Shown here: piece by piece, positions 37,986 to 49,619 of the stretch
Position numbering within the stretch: the first letter of the stretch is position 1
How the letters are laid out: each line of letters starts with the position of its first letter
Source of the DNA: Selaginella moellendorffii
Taxonomy: Eukaryota; Plantae; Lycopodiophyta
NCBI RefSeq assembly: GCF_000143415.4
Contig: NW_003314358.1
Coordinates: 605,109-669,108, forward strand
DNA length: 64,000 nt
Direction: 5' to 3'
Translations under genes and position numbers: made by a program
Notes under the pieces: model-generated
Databases searched by the model: none
Told to the model about the DNA's origin: nothing
Seen by the model: only the letters and a program-made list of their open reading frames with translations

Positions 37986-40587
37986 ATGGCGCCCAAGAGG
38001 CAATCTGCGCGGCTAATGCAGCAGAGGCTGCCAGAGGAGGAGCAAATGAGAATAGCGCTGGCAAATTCCATGAAGACTTTCAAGGAAGAGCAACGCCAAT
38101 GCGCCGATCTCTCTCACTTGGACGACGTCAAGCTGGACGCTACGCAGCGCACGACGCAGGTTTTTCGTCGCAGGAAGCGTCCACGCCAGGTACGCCTCTG
38201 TTTGAGATCTTGTTGTCTAGAGGACAGTTCTTTAGATTTCTCCATTCTCGGTTTTTAGACACTGCCAGGTCCTTTGGAGTAGATTGTTGGCGTGATCGAT
38301 TTCGATGTTTTGCAGGAGGAGGACGAAGAGCCGGCGGTCTCAAACGGTGGAAACGATGAAAATTCTGGCAAAAGCCGGTATGTAGCTACATCTCGCAAGC
38401 ACTTGAGCAAAAACTTATTGTTGTTTACGCAGGACTATGGACGAGATTGTTGAGAGCACTGAGATCTTGAAGGTCGGTCTCATGAATTTTTTCTTTCTTT
38501 CTTTGCTGATGTGCTGCTTACAGGACGCGCCGGCTAAAGCCCGTTCTGCCGGAAAATCCAAGGTGACTCGGTCTTTTTCTTTCCTGGGTGATCCTTGATT
38601 TTTTCTTTTTTTCGCTTGTGTTCTAGCAGTCGAAAACAACTAAGCGCCAGAAATCCCTCAAGCGTCTGATACCCTCAACCAAAAAGTAGTCGGAGTGATG
38701 TTTTGGTGCCAAGCAAGCTGATGCCATTGTGTTGCAGAAAAAAGAAAAAGGACCTCGTTAGGAGTTACTTTGGATTCTCTGCGGTATAGTCAAGCGTTCG
38801 TTGGCTTTCAACTAAATGTTTTATTTGCAGCCTGGAAAACTAGAAGAGCCATCGCCTGAAGGTTCCAATGAGGTGAGCCATTTACATTCTTGTGGTATGT
38901 AACAGCTGCCAGTTCCAGGAAGTTCTTTTAGTTGACGATGAAGACCATCTACAAGATAGCGAACAGCAATTGAAGAGGTAATGTCGGGAAGCTTTGCTAG
39001 TCACGTTTTTCACCCTTTTAAGATCAGATGTGGAGTGAAATTTGCATATCCCTCTCGGTACGTATTTGTTATATAGCCACTTAGCCTTCTGACTTCTCCA
39101 ATCTTTAGTAATGATCCGGAAGCAGTAGAAGTCGAAGAACACCATTTGCAATGTCTAGCGGAACACGAGTATGTCAACGACACAATTATTGATTTGTATA
39201 TCAAGTACGTTTCGCAAAGTTCTTACTGCTAAGCCCCAAGTTTATTTGTCACAGGTACATTCTTGTATCTCAATCCACAGAACTGGAGAGGTTTCACGTT
39301 TTTAACAGCTTTTTCTTCAAACGGCTCGCTCAAGCAGTTTGCGACGAGGTGAGGCTAATTATCCTTTTTCATGTAAGAGATCATCTTTGTAGGACTACGT
39401 TGAAAGCGTTGGCAAGCTACGGAAATGGACGAAGGGCGTTGACATCTATGACAAAGCCTACGTTTTGATGCCTGTCCATCAGCAGTGAGTTTGATTTTTT
39501 CGCTCTGTGGTTTCTTCTTGACACTTTCGCAGGATGCATTGGAGCCTTGTTGTGGTTTGTTTTTCAGGCCCGAAGCCTGGATGCCATATACTTCACCTTG
39601 ATTCTATGCAAACTGGGCACGTTAGTCGTCCTATTTATGAGGTTGTTCGCCGGTACGTGAATTCTCGGGTTTTGTTTGCCATTGCCTGGTTATTTGACAG
39701 GTACTTGGCGGCCGAATGGATTTCTCATGGTGGTGAGAACAAGGACTTTAAGAATGTTCATGAAAGGAAAGTAAAGGTATGCACGAGTCTCTTGCAACTT
39801 TTAAAGAGTCTGTCGTTCTTCTTTCTCTTCTGCAGGTGCCAAAGCAGCAAAACGAGTACGACTGTGGCCTTTTCATGCTTCATTACATTCAGCAGTTTTT
39901 GTCAAAGGCTCCAGCCAGTTTCAGCGACTCCATGGTCAAGGACATGGTAGTAAGTTTTTTGTGAAACACGAGTTCTTATCGTGAGCTCCTTTTGTTTTGC
40001 AGCATGCATGGTTCTCACTAGCCGAAGCATCCAAACTTCGGACCACCATCCGGGACATCACGGACAAGATATTCTTCCCGAAAGAAGGTAAAGAGGAACC
40101 GGCGTTGGATTCGGTCGCTATCGACGGGGCTACGAAGCCAGAGTCAGAACAGGATCCTTCAGCTGCATTCATCAACGAAGCAACTGTTGAAGGCTCGAAT
40201 GGCGATAACACCACCCAGCAAGCAGTGACAAATGATACCACCCAGCAAGCAGTGGCGAATGATAACACCAACCAGCAAGCAGTGACGAATGATCCAGCAA
40301 GTGTTCCCAGCAGTGAGGAGAGACGCGATGATGATCCAGCAAACGTTCCCAGCAATGAGGAGATACGCGATGACCATCCAGCAGGAAATCCTAGCAGCGA
40401 GGAGATACTTCCAGCTAGCACTGGCAACGATCCGGTAAACAATTCCAGCACTGAGGAGATAGTTCCAGCCAGCACTGGCAACGATCCGGCAAACAATCCC
40501 AGCACTGAGGAGATAATCCCCGGAAGAAGTGATCCAGATGGGATGGTTCCGGGAGAAAGTCACGAAGATCATCCAGCGAGCAGCTAG
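37986..40587 (+). CDS. Ubiquitin-like-specific (SUMO) protease, peptidase C48 (ULP), multi-exon
   Basis: YVNDTIIDLYI, FHVFNSFFFKRL, RKWTKGVDI, HWSLVVVC, LHLDS and QQNEYDCGLF (His/Asp/Cys triad); acidic repetitive tail. Confidence 0.9.
40200..40520 (+). repeat. Imperfect coding tandem repeats in the ULP C-terminal tail
   Basis: DNTTQQAVTN x3 followed by about 5 copies of DPAN.PS.EE. Confidence 0.8.
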
Positions 40588-40776
40588 ACTGAGCAAAGCG
40601 ACGTGATCCAGCCACAAATCCGAGCAGCGAGAAGAAATGCGACGAAGATCCACACCAGAGACGACGATGTAGCCGTGACAAGTACATAAAACCATGTATT
40701 ATAAACATTGATCAATTGTACGGAGGGTTTATATAGTACGGATTATCTATTCGTTAAGTTTTTTAGGGTTCTTCAA

Positions 40777-41640
40777 ATGGCGATGTGCTCCTTGAGCGTT
40801 GCGACTGCCGCGAATTTGGCGCCGCAAGCGCCCCAGCAGCAGCAGCAGCTCTGGCGATCGAATGCGCTGGTGTCGTGGAATGGAGGGGCAGGCGGGGGGA
40901 AGAATCCCGTGAATGCGGCGAATCGGTGCTCGCTGAGGTAAAACCCTATCGATTTCTTGCGAGATTCGTGACAGTAGCTGCGGCAGGCAGGGAAATATGA
41001 CGTTTCGAGCTGCCATCGCTCAAGCTTCCACTCCATTGTCTGTAAGTCCGGTAGATCTTTTCAAAGTTTTCTCTTGCTGATGGTCATTCATAGCCAGCAG
41101 TGGTCTGGTAATGGAGAATTTGGAGAGGAGGAATACAACGAAGACGCGGATTCTTTCTCGTATCTCGTCAGCACTGTCCAGTGTATCTTACATTTCAAGT
41201 AAGTTTTTCGTTCTTTCTTTCTCCTCTTTCTCCTCTTTCTCCTCTTACTCTTATCTTTGGCCGTGGTTTATCAGATATCGAGTCGGGCACACGCTCGATG
41301 AATATGACGCCAAGCTAATCCAAGAAGAAGTCTTACGGTTTCATCCAAGAGCGGCTGAGAAGATCGGTTGTGGCGTGGCAAGCATAATGGTATGAAAAAT
41401 CCTCCTTTTTGTCTTTCTGAATACTAGCCTGAGGACTCTTGGCAGATAAACTATCACCCGGATTATAATCGAAGCCGGTGCTTCATGATCAACAGACTAG
41501 ACGAGTCCGTTTGTGACTTCTCGTACAGGAAGTGCATGCTGGAGCGAGCAAGGCTGAAAGGAATTCACTTGGTAGCTGCGAGAAAGCTCTTGAATATGGA
41601 CTATATAAACATTTCCGACCAACGCCGGAGTCCAGAGTGA
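40777..41640 (+). CDS. DCL-like protein (DUF3223), probably plastid-targeted
   Basis: Ala/Ser-rich N-terminus; FHPRAAEKIGCGV...HPDYNRSRCFMINRLDESVCDFSYRKC; last exon 41446-41640. Confidence 0.85.
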
Positions 41641-41942
41641 GAGTTTGTTTGATACATACTGATCCGTGTTTGTATTTTTAACAACCATTGTATGTACTAA
41701 ACATTTTGGAAATTTTTTTTGGTCTATCGATGAGTTATTTCTGGGATCAGCGAGACAGGCTAGTAATTTACGTTTTAGCATCACTGACAGCTTCTCTGTC
41801 ATGCATAGAAAATTGTCCTGGAGATGAAAAGTGAGACTTCGATCTGGAGGTAAATTGCCATGCTTATTCTATTCGAACAAAAATTCATTTACAAATTCAT
41901 GGCAGGTGCTCTTCCTCCACCTTATTTGTTTTTGGACTTCGC

Positions 41943-43300
41943 TCAAGTTGGTGTGGTTGAATTCGGTGGGGCGTTGAAGCTGCTGCAGCTCTGCCTTATT
42001 TCCCCGTCGCTTCCAGTCTTGACGCTTATGTTGCTCATCTTGGTCATCGCCTGTACAAACGCCGCGAAGAAGTCGTCCTGGGAATCAGCCATCTCGTTCA
42101 CCAGCGGCCTGGTGGTGTTATCGGTGAACAGCACTTGGTCCGCAAACAGGAGGCCTCTTCCAATCTGCAAGTTCTTGTAGTAAGAGTTGTCAAAGACGAA
42201 GGGGGAGCTGACATCGAACGGGGTGAATTTTCCAGGTCCAGTTTCGCCGGGTGGACAGCTCGCTTTGAGCGATCCAATGTAAGACGCGTTCACGCTCGGG
42301 TCGCTGCTGCCGTTTACTCCATCAAAACTGTAAAGCCTGCTCCGGAACTGGTTGCAGTGAGAAAATCCAAGAGTATGCGCTCCTGCGAAGAAACAAAGTC
42401 ACTGTCTGTCAAAAGGATTGGTCGAGCTATTCGAAGGATTTGCACCTGAGAGGATCACCATGTCGTCAGCGGTGAGGTTGACAGCAGCAAAGTTTTCTAT
42501 TAGCTCGCTAACGTTGAAGTCTGCTCCAGGTAATCTGCCAGGAACTCTGGAAGCTTGGGATATCAGTCCATCTCTTCGGCCTTTGGTGACTTCCCAGTGC
42601 GGGCCTCCAGCCTTGAACAGGACGAAGTTAGAGGAGTAAGAAAGCTCTTTCCCGGAGGAGAATCACGATGCAGAAAATCAGCAGCGGTAAATCTGAGCCA
42701 GCAACTTACAGAGAATGGTCGGAATTCAGTAACAAATCAGCAAGTTTATGGCAACTACGACCAAGTCCGCAGGCTATGGAACAGGGAATCCTAAAAACAA
42801 AAGCAGGGAGTCATAGCAAGGTGGTGGGAGTTACCAGTACTACGGCGTCTCGCGCAGCCATGACGACTATGTCGGCACAGGAGACCACGCCCGGGCAGGC
42901 AACCTCCACGGCTTTCTTGGCCTGAATTATGGTGTCAAAGGCTTGCTGCGGGATGTTGTTCTCGGTCGCGTCCCTCTCGGCGGTGTTGTTGGTGGTCGAA
43001 GTTATGAGAATTGATGCGTCACACCCCTGAGGAAGAAGAACCAAGGAAGAAGCAGAGTAAACGTCCATTTTCGAGAGCTCGGGGGACTCGACTCACCTCT
43101 ACGAAGCAATCGTGAGCAAGCAGCCGGAGTGTTGACGGCGTGACTACGTTGGACTGATTGGCCATCGCGCTGACCGCGTTGTGAACGAGCTTGTCTACAT
43201 CGGGGCAGGTCCTGTTGTAGAAATCCACCGAGAGCTGCGACGATCCGAGATCCGAAAGGGAGAGCAGGGAAACGAAGAGGAGGAGGAGCGAGCAGCGCAT
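41943..43300 (-). CDS. Class III secretory heme peroxidase
   Basis: Signal peptide, QLSVDFYNRTCP, RLLAHDCFVEGCDAS, VSCADI, GAHTLG, FDNSYYKNL and GEIRQSC; 4 coding exons. Confidence 0.95.
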
Positions 43301-43398
43301 GGTGATGCCTCCTCTGGCTTCCTTCACACAGGAGAAACTAATTGCTGGAACCAAGTAAGCCGAGTCTCTCCACTGCTAGCATTTCTCTTTTCTCACAG

Positions 43399-43449
<51 letters not shown>
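43399..43449. repeat. (CT)n microsatellite
   Basis: About 25 CT units upstream of the peroxidase start codon. Confidence 0.95.
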
Positions 43450-43452
<3 letters not shown>

Positions 43453-44855
43453 CTTGCCAGAAACTGATCGATCGCTCGCTCGCTCGCTCGCTTGCTGCTG
43501 CAGTTTTCTTTCGCTCCCTTTCTTGCAACAGATGCAACAGCTGTGGGAGCAAAGCAGAAAAGTAAAAGAAGAAACGCAGGCCAGAGAAACCCACCGTGGG
43601 AGGAGAGATTTCCCAGCGAGTAAACAGATTTGGAAGAGAAATACACCAAAACAGCCTCAAAACTGGAGCTTCAGGGCACCTGCAGCAACAGCACCTTCAT
43701 CGCTTGGTCACTTCACTACCTTTTCTGAGAAAGTGATGGCTAGCAGCAAGCTTTGGCTATGGCAGGCCTTATTGTTCTTATCAAAGTTCCTGAAGGAGAG
43801 AGTGCCTTGGAGCAGCCACTATCAGGATGCCACAACAAGCCAACAAAACATTGATTGCTTCACAAGAGGAAAACTCTCTCTGGAGATGGCAATTGATGTG
43901 AGATCACAAATGCAGTTAAGTCTGGCCTTTTTTTACATGTCTATCTCTCTCCTTTTCCACTCTTAAGATATTTTTCTTTCTAGCATAGATGGAAAGAGGG
44001 ACACAAAGCCTTTGCCTTGCTTTGTCTAGCACCCTACAAATTAGCTGCCCTTTTTATAGTACACCAAGGCACACCAAATTGAGGGTGGCAGGGTTGCATG
44101 GATTACAATTCATGTCCAGCCAACATGGGAAGCATATCCTATTTTTATGTTCCTTTTCCATTTTTTCCAGAATCTACCTTGTCATGCAGCACTGATCTGC
44201 ATAAAAAGGAAGAGAACACAAGTGCAAAAAGACACCAGGAAAAGGAAGAAAGGAATCTCATTAAACTTTTTTTCTTCTCTTTTTAAATTTTTTACAAAAA
44301 GAGGTGCATACCTTTGACCTCCTTCACTGCCATGCACTGATTGATTGCCTTCCATGACCCAAAGACAAAATCCACCAACACCAAGCAATTAAAGCTTTGG
44401 CCAAAATAGAATTTAAAAGAAGGGAAGCTTCCTTTCTGTCTCACAGAGCTGAGCAGAAGTTGAGTCTCACTTGTTCTTGCTTGTTAACAAAAACAAGTAA
44501 AAAAGATCAAAGAAAGATTTCTCGCACCTTTGCTCCAGCATTCATTGACTTTGCAGCTGAATGAGAAACTCCCACCTGTGTCATGATCCAGCCAAGTGTT
44601 GTCCTGGCTCAGATATTCCCACTTCTTTGCCATTAATGTAGTATTTCATCCATCGTCTTCTTCTTCTTCCCTTCCATCATCACGTCCACGCGGTCTGTTC
44701 AGTCTGTTGCCTGCAAGGGACTCGGTAACGGATTCCCAGAAAGGAGAAAGAAATCCTGCCGCTTACAGGCCATGTAGATCGCTGCTCTGCTGAACTCGAA
44801 CTGGCAGGAGCTGTGCACTGGATCCAGCAAAACTTTGAAAGCTGTAGCCACTCAA

Positions 44856-46545
44856 TCAGGGACTGCTCGTCTTCATCCTCCCCGGAGAGGCGGCAGAGAT
44901 GACGTTCTTGATGACTGCAACCGCTGGAGTATAGTCACTGCTGCTGCTGCCGCCGCCGGTTACGCAAGAGCTCGTGTCTGGAGGAAACGGAAAATGCATA
45001 CTTAACAGCAGTGGAGCTTGCCTTTCCTCCAGCAGCTCGGGAATCCTCTTCTTAAAACCTCTGCTTTTCAAGCTTCGAGCAACTTTGCGCCTGTAAACAC
45101 ACGCACAAACTGAGGAAGATCGAAACGAGAAAGGAGTGAATAGACATACCAGTATCGTATCGTTGCCATGTGAAACCACCACTGCGGGCCACCATTGTGA
45201 GTGCGAGCTAAAGTTTCCAAGTCGTCGAACTCGAGTGACCACGGACAGTATCTAAGCCAGTAGTTCACAGCAGTTCGCTCGGCGTATTCCACGTCGTCGC
45301 ACAGCTCGTACTTGGCACCGCTTGGATCTTTTTGCCACCAAGCATCTTCGTGGTAATCTGTGCTGCATTAGAAATCCACCAAAACCCGCTTCAATTCTCA
45401 CTCTTGCCTGCTAGATCAGTGTCAAATAATATCTATTTAACATCGACTAGCCAACGAAGGAGAGGAGATATTTTACCTGATTTGCAAGGGACCAATGCTT
45501 CGACCACCATCTCCAATCGGCGCAGGAACCATGAAACTCGATTCTATGTCTCGCATCGCGTCCAAGAGAAGCCTGTGCCTTTCACGGTACTCGTCCACAT
45601 CTGCCATGCATGGGTGAGATAAAGCTTTCCGGAAAGTGGCCACTTTCAAGGGAAAAAAAACGAGATTTTTCACTTAAGACCTTGGAAAGCAATGGATGGA
45701 AGTACGAAAGATAAGGTTATCAGAAAATCCAGACAAAAGCTGACCCAGGAAAAATGAAAAGGATGGATTCGCAAGAAAAAGAAAAATCATCGCCTGAAAA
45801 GATCGAGCATTTGCTAGATCTCATGAAAAGAAAAGGAAAATAAAGAGATATCAAACGCAATCCAATGGATGGAAGGCATGAAAGATAAGGCTATCAGGAA
45901 ATCCAGAGAAAAGCCGAGCCAGGAAAAAAAAGGATAGATCCACAAGAGAATGGAATTCATAGGATCGAGCATTCTTAGACCTGATGAAAAGAAAAAGGAG
46001 CAAGCAAAGCAATGAGTGCCAAAAGAATGCATGGAAACTCCCTACCAGGAAGGAAAAGAAAAAACCATGGACAGAGCTATCATACCTCTGGGAGGAGGGA
46101 ACACATCAAAAAAAGTAGCATTGGCACTTCCAAATGCTTTGGTTCTAGCCCTGACCTCGCGAAATACCTGGCGGCGCTGGATCCACTGGGATGGGCAGTG
46201 AGGAACGAAGAGAATGTCGCCAGGGAACAAGAGATCCAGCGTCGCCAGATGCAAATTGAGCTCCTGGAGCTCCTCCACCAGAAGCCCTAGCCCCTGCGCG
46301 ATCTCCCAGGCCGTGTCACCGGCCTCGACGAGCAGCGGCTCCAGGCGCGCGCCGTGGTTCCACACGCGCCGCGGCAGCCAGGGGCGCGGAGGAACTCGCA
46401 GCGTGGCGCCGGCGAGAATGAGATCGCTATCGAGGCCATTGAAGGACTGGAGACGGCGCCAGTCGACCCCTAGCGATTCCCCAAGCTTCCACAGCGTGTC
46501 GCCCTCCTCTACGAGCAGCGCTGCCGATCCATTCGCCATTGCCAT
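44856..46545 (-). CDS. 2xLysM + i-type (destabilase-like) lysozyme domain protein, about 343 aa, 4 exons
   Basis: Exons 46545-46086, 45600-45477, 45362-45150 and 45090-44856 join in frame with GT-AG introns. LysM motifs VEEGDTLWKLG...LRVP and VEAGDTAWEIA...LFVP; lysozyme motifs IES, GPLQI..Y..DA, ARTHNGGP and T..YW.KV. Confidence 0.82.
45690..45975. repeat. Diverged direct repeat (2 x about 120 bp) in the first intron of the LysM-lysozyme gene
   Basis: CAATGGATGGAAG...GATCGAGCATT occurs at about 45690-45812 and about 45863-45973. Confidence 0.75.
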
Positions 46546-46744
46546 GAGATCACGAGAAATTGGAATATCCCTGCGGTTTAAAATTTGGCATCTCGAGGAG
46601 CGCTTGAGAATATCCGGTGTGCTTTAAATATAGTAGATCTTTGAGTATATTCTGAGTTTTACGAAGCTTTCTTTAGCATTAAACTCTTATAACTTTTTGA
46701 ATTACAAAAGTTTTAATACTTTTAATGAGAAATTATTATAGACG

Positions 46745-46770
46745 TGTGAGTGCATGGCTTGGCCCTCACA
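46745..46770 (-). repeat. 26-bp fused LTR termini of the local gypsy family
   Basis: The reverse complement TGTGAGGGCCAAG-CCATGCACTCACA equals the first 13 nt of the LTR at 31548 plus a near match to the last 13 nt of the LTR at 48927. Confidence 0.6.
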
Positions 46771-46884
46771 GAAGATATTTTATATTTCCATTTATCCTTC
46801 TTACTTAAAAAGAATTTATTATTTAAACATGAATAAATAATTACTATTGTATATACTATAAATAAAAAAAATCAAGGTGAAAAC

Positions 46885-46989
46885 ATATATACATACATAC
46901 ATACATACATATATATATGTATATATATATGTATATATATGTATATATATATATATATGTATATATATGTATATATATGTATATATATG

Positions 46990-47020
<31 letters not shown>

Positions 47021-47061
47021 GTATATATATGTATATATATGTATATATATGTATATATATG

Positions 47062-47094
<33 letters not shown>

Positions 47095-47187
47095 GTATAT
47101 ATATATATGTATATATGTGTATATATATGTATATATATATATGTATATATATATGTATATATGTGTATATATATATATATATATATA
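46885..47187. repeat. Compound (TA)n/(TACA)n/(TATATATATG)n microsatellite
   Basis: About 300 bp of TA repeats interrupted periodically by G. Confidence 0.97.
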
Positions 47188-47214
47188 AAATATATAATAT
47201 ATGGTTAATACTAT

Positions 47215-48927
47215 GTCGCCGAAATGGTAAATCATCAATAAATGATATAAGATTCTCAAACTTATTATGAAGCTTTTTAATTTATGACTCAACCTTTTAA
47301 GCCTTAAAAACCTTATCAATAAAAGGTAAATTCTGTTTTGTACCTTATCGACATTGAATGTCAAGTATAACAACCATTAACAGTATAAAATCCTCATCCA
47401 AAAAATCTTAAGATACTAGAACAAGAAATTCGTTAAAACATGAGAAAAGAGCAAAGAAAAAAGAGAAGCTTATTTACATTTTCAATATCACCTTAAAACT
47501 GTCTTTTTTATTGTCTAGGGACGGATCTTGATAATCATTTATGGAAAATGGGAGAATTATGGTACACATAAAGAAAGTGTGGAATAAATATTGAAAGCAC
47601 CACCAGAGATGGGTATATAGGACATTGTCGTATGATTGAGAAGTTGCACTGATCTTTTTATTGGCTAAAAATATGACATGATGTTATTTAATATGTGTAT
47701 AATTGCATTTAGTGCTAAATTTATAATACTCCCCCTTGTGATGCAAAAGGACAATTGAAATCAATTATAATTTCCCGTTCATTTGAGTTGGTGGCATTTT
47801 ATTTAATAGGACCTTTTCCATGATCAATTGCTGATAATGAGTATGTCATTATTGTTTTTGACTACTTGGCTTATTAGGTGAAAATTAGTGCTTTTGCTAA
47901 TGTGTCTGTACCTGCTGTTAAATATTTTTTCCTCAATCAAGTGGTGTTTCAACAATTCTGTCTAAAGTGGATTCTTTCGGATAATGATCCCACATTTATG
48001 GTTGAGGCATTTCATATTTTGACATCTCAATTAGGGATATACCACACTTGCATAAGTGCTTAATATTTATAATCAAACGGTTTAGTGAAATGGCTTGTTA
48101 AGACTTTCAAAAAACTGATCACGAAGTATATAAACTTTCAGCATTCAAATTGAAATGGTTTATATAATGAAACATCAATAGAACTCTACACCCCTATAAC
48201 ATATGCATACTGAAGTAATGGCAAATAACTTTTATATGGTCATGATTTAATACTACCAATGGAATTGAGTTTATCTTTGCAATTGTTGCAGGCTATTGAT
48301 GCTAAGTTGTGGAATCAATATTTGACAAACATTCTTCCATTTGTTCAAGTAGAGTTTGCCAAACATCTGGGCCATATATAAGTGGGACAGTAATAACGTT
48401 ACAACTCCCATCATCATCCACGTATGGAGTACAAAATAGATGACCTAATGTTAGTTCATTTTCCCCATCTTATAATATGTGGTTTATCTAAAAGGCTTCT
48501 TACTTAGTGGAAAGGTCCATATCAAGTGTTGTAACAAGTTAGACTGCAAATTTATGAGGTTCAGCATGACATCCAATAAGCTAATCTTCCAAAAATTATG
48601 CATACAATGGCTAAAATATTTTGTAAAAAGGGATTATAAACAATTAATACCATTTATAAATCCACTGATGCCTCCTCTTAATGTTCTTCAAGATCCCGGC
48701 CCATCCACAAAAGAACCCTAATAGTCTTCTATCATTCCGAGAGAAGGGGATGATGTGAGGTCAAAGTGTATAGCTATAATGCTGTATATTAATATTAGCA
48801 TAGTGGGATTTTGGTAACCATTAGATTAATTTCAATTTAGACCATTCGCTCATATATAAGTTAAGGTTTTTGGGCTAATTAATATGTATATTTGTTGTAT
48901 TTTCTTTCCATATTCCATACACTCACA
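47215..48927 (+). mobile_element. Decayed 3' portion of a gypsy copy (integrase remnant, PPT, 3' LTR)
   Basis: 47500-48100 aligns to 34770-35355; PPT GAGAGAAGGGGA precedes LTR TG...CA at 48754-48927; a short inverted internal fragment lies near 47215-47260. Confidence 0.85.
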
Positions 48928-49619
48928 AGACTATATTATTATTCATAACACAAACATTACATATATAAAGGTAAGTAGAAATTTAAACTAAACAGTTTAA
49001 TAATAGTTATAAATCACTTAGTTATTTAAATTTTATTACCTTGCCCTTATTTTATTACTTATTTATATGATTTAAGGAAGTAGACAAATCATTTAATATA
49101 GTGTTTGATATAAGTTTATAATTTCATAATTAAAAATAAAAATATTTTTCAAAATAAATAATATAAATTTATTATTAAACATTAAATCATTATAGCATGA
49201 ATGTAAGTTTTATTTCTATGTTTAATTGTATGGTTTCTTGTTAGATTTAGCTAAGCAAGTTGGGAACTTCTTCTTAATAATATTTACTCAAAAACTCTTT
49301 AATATATTAACAATGTAATAAGTACAAACAAGCTTTTTGATTAATTTAATATAATTAATTACTACTTATTTAAATTCTGTCTTCAAGTCTCTATATCTTT
49401 TACTAGGAACAAAAAATTTGAATTGGATTTGTTCTTTTTATATATTGAAAACAAAACATGAAACTCATGTAGAATGGTATTCACTACTTCAATTAATTCT
49501 TTATAAGAAACTAACCAGTTGGGAGTCTTAATATGTCATTAGCCCCTAATCTCTTTTGAGGATGGCCAAGAAAAGAAGAAAGCAAGAGAAGAAACTAATT
49601 GGAGAAACGAAAAGAGAGA

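Noticed and set aside
43181-43966. 261-aa plus-strand ORF
   Set aside because: Antisense to the peroxidase 5' region and runs through a CT microsatellite.
46819-47373. Tyr/Ile-rich ORFs
   Set aside because: Translation artefacts of the TA microsatellite.
31548-48927. A single 17-kb LTR element enclosing host genes
   Set aside because: The integrase segments at 34770-35355 and 47500-48100 overlap in content and differ in decay, the LTRs are diverged and no TSD is seen, so these are separate insertions.
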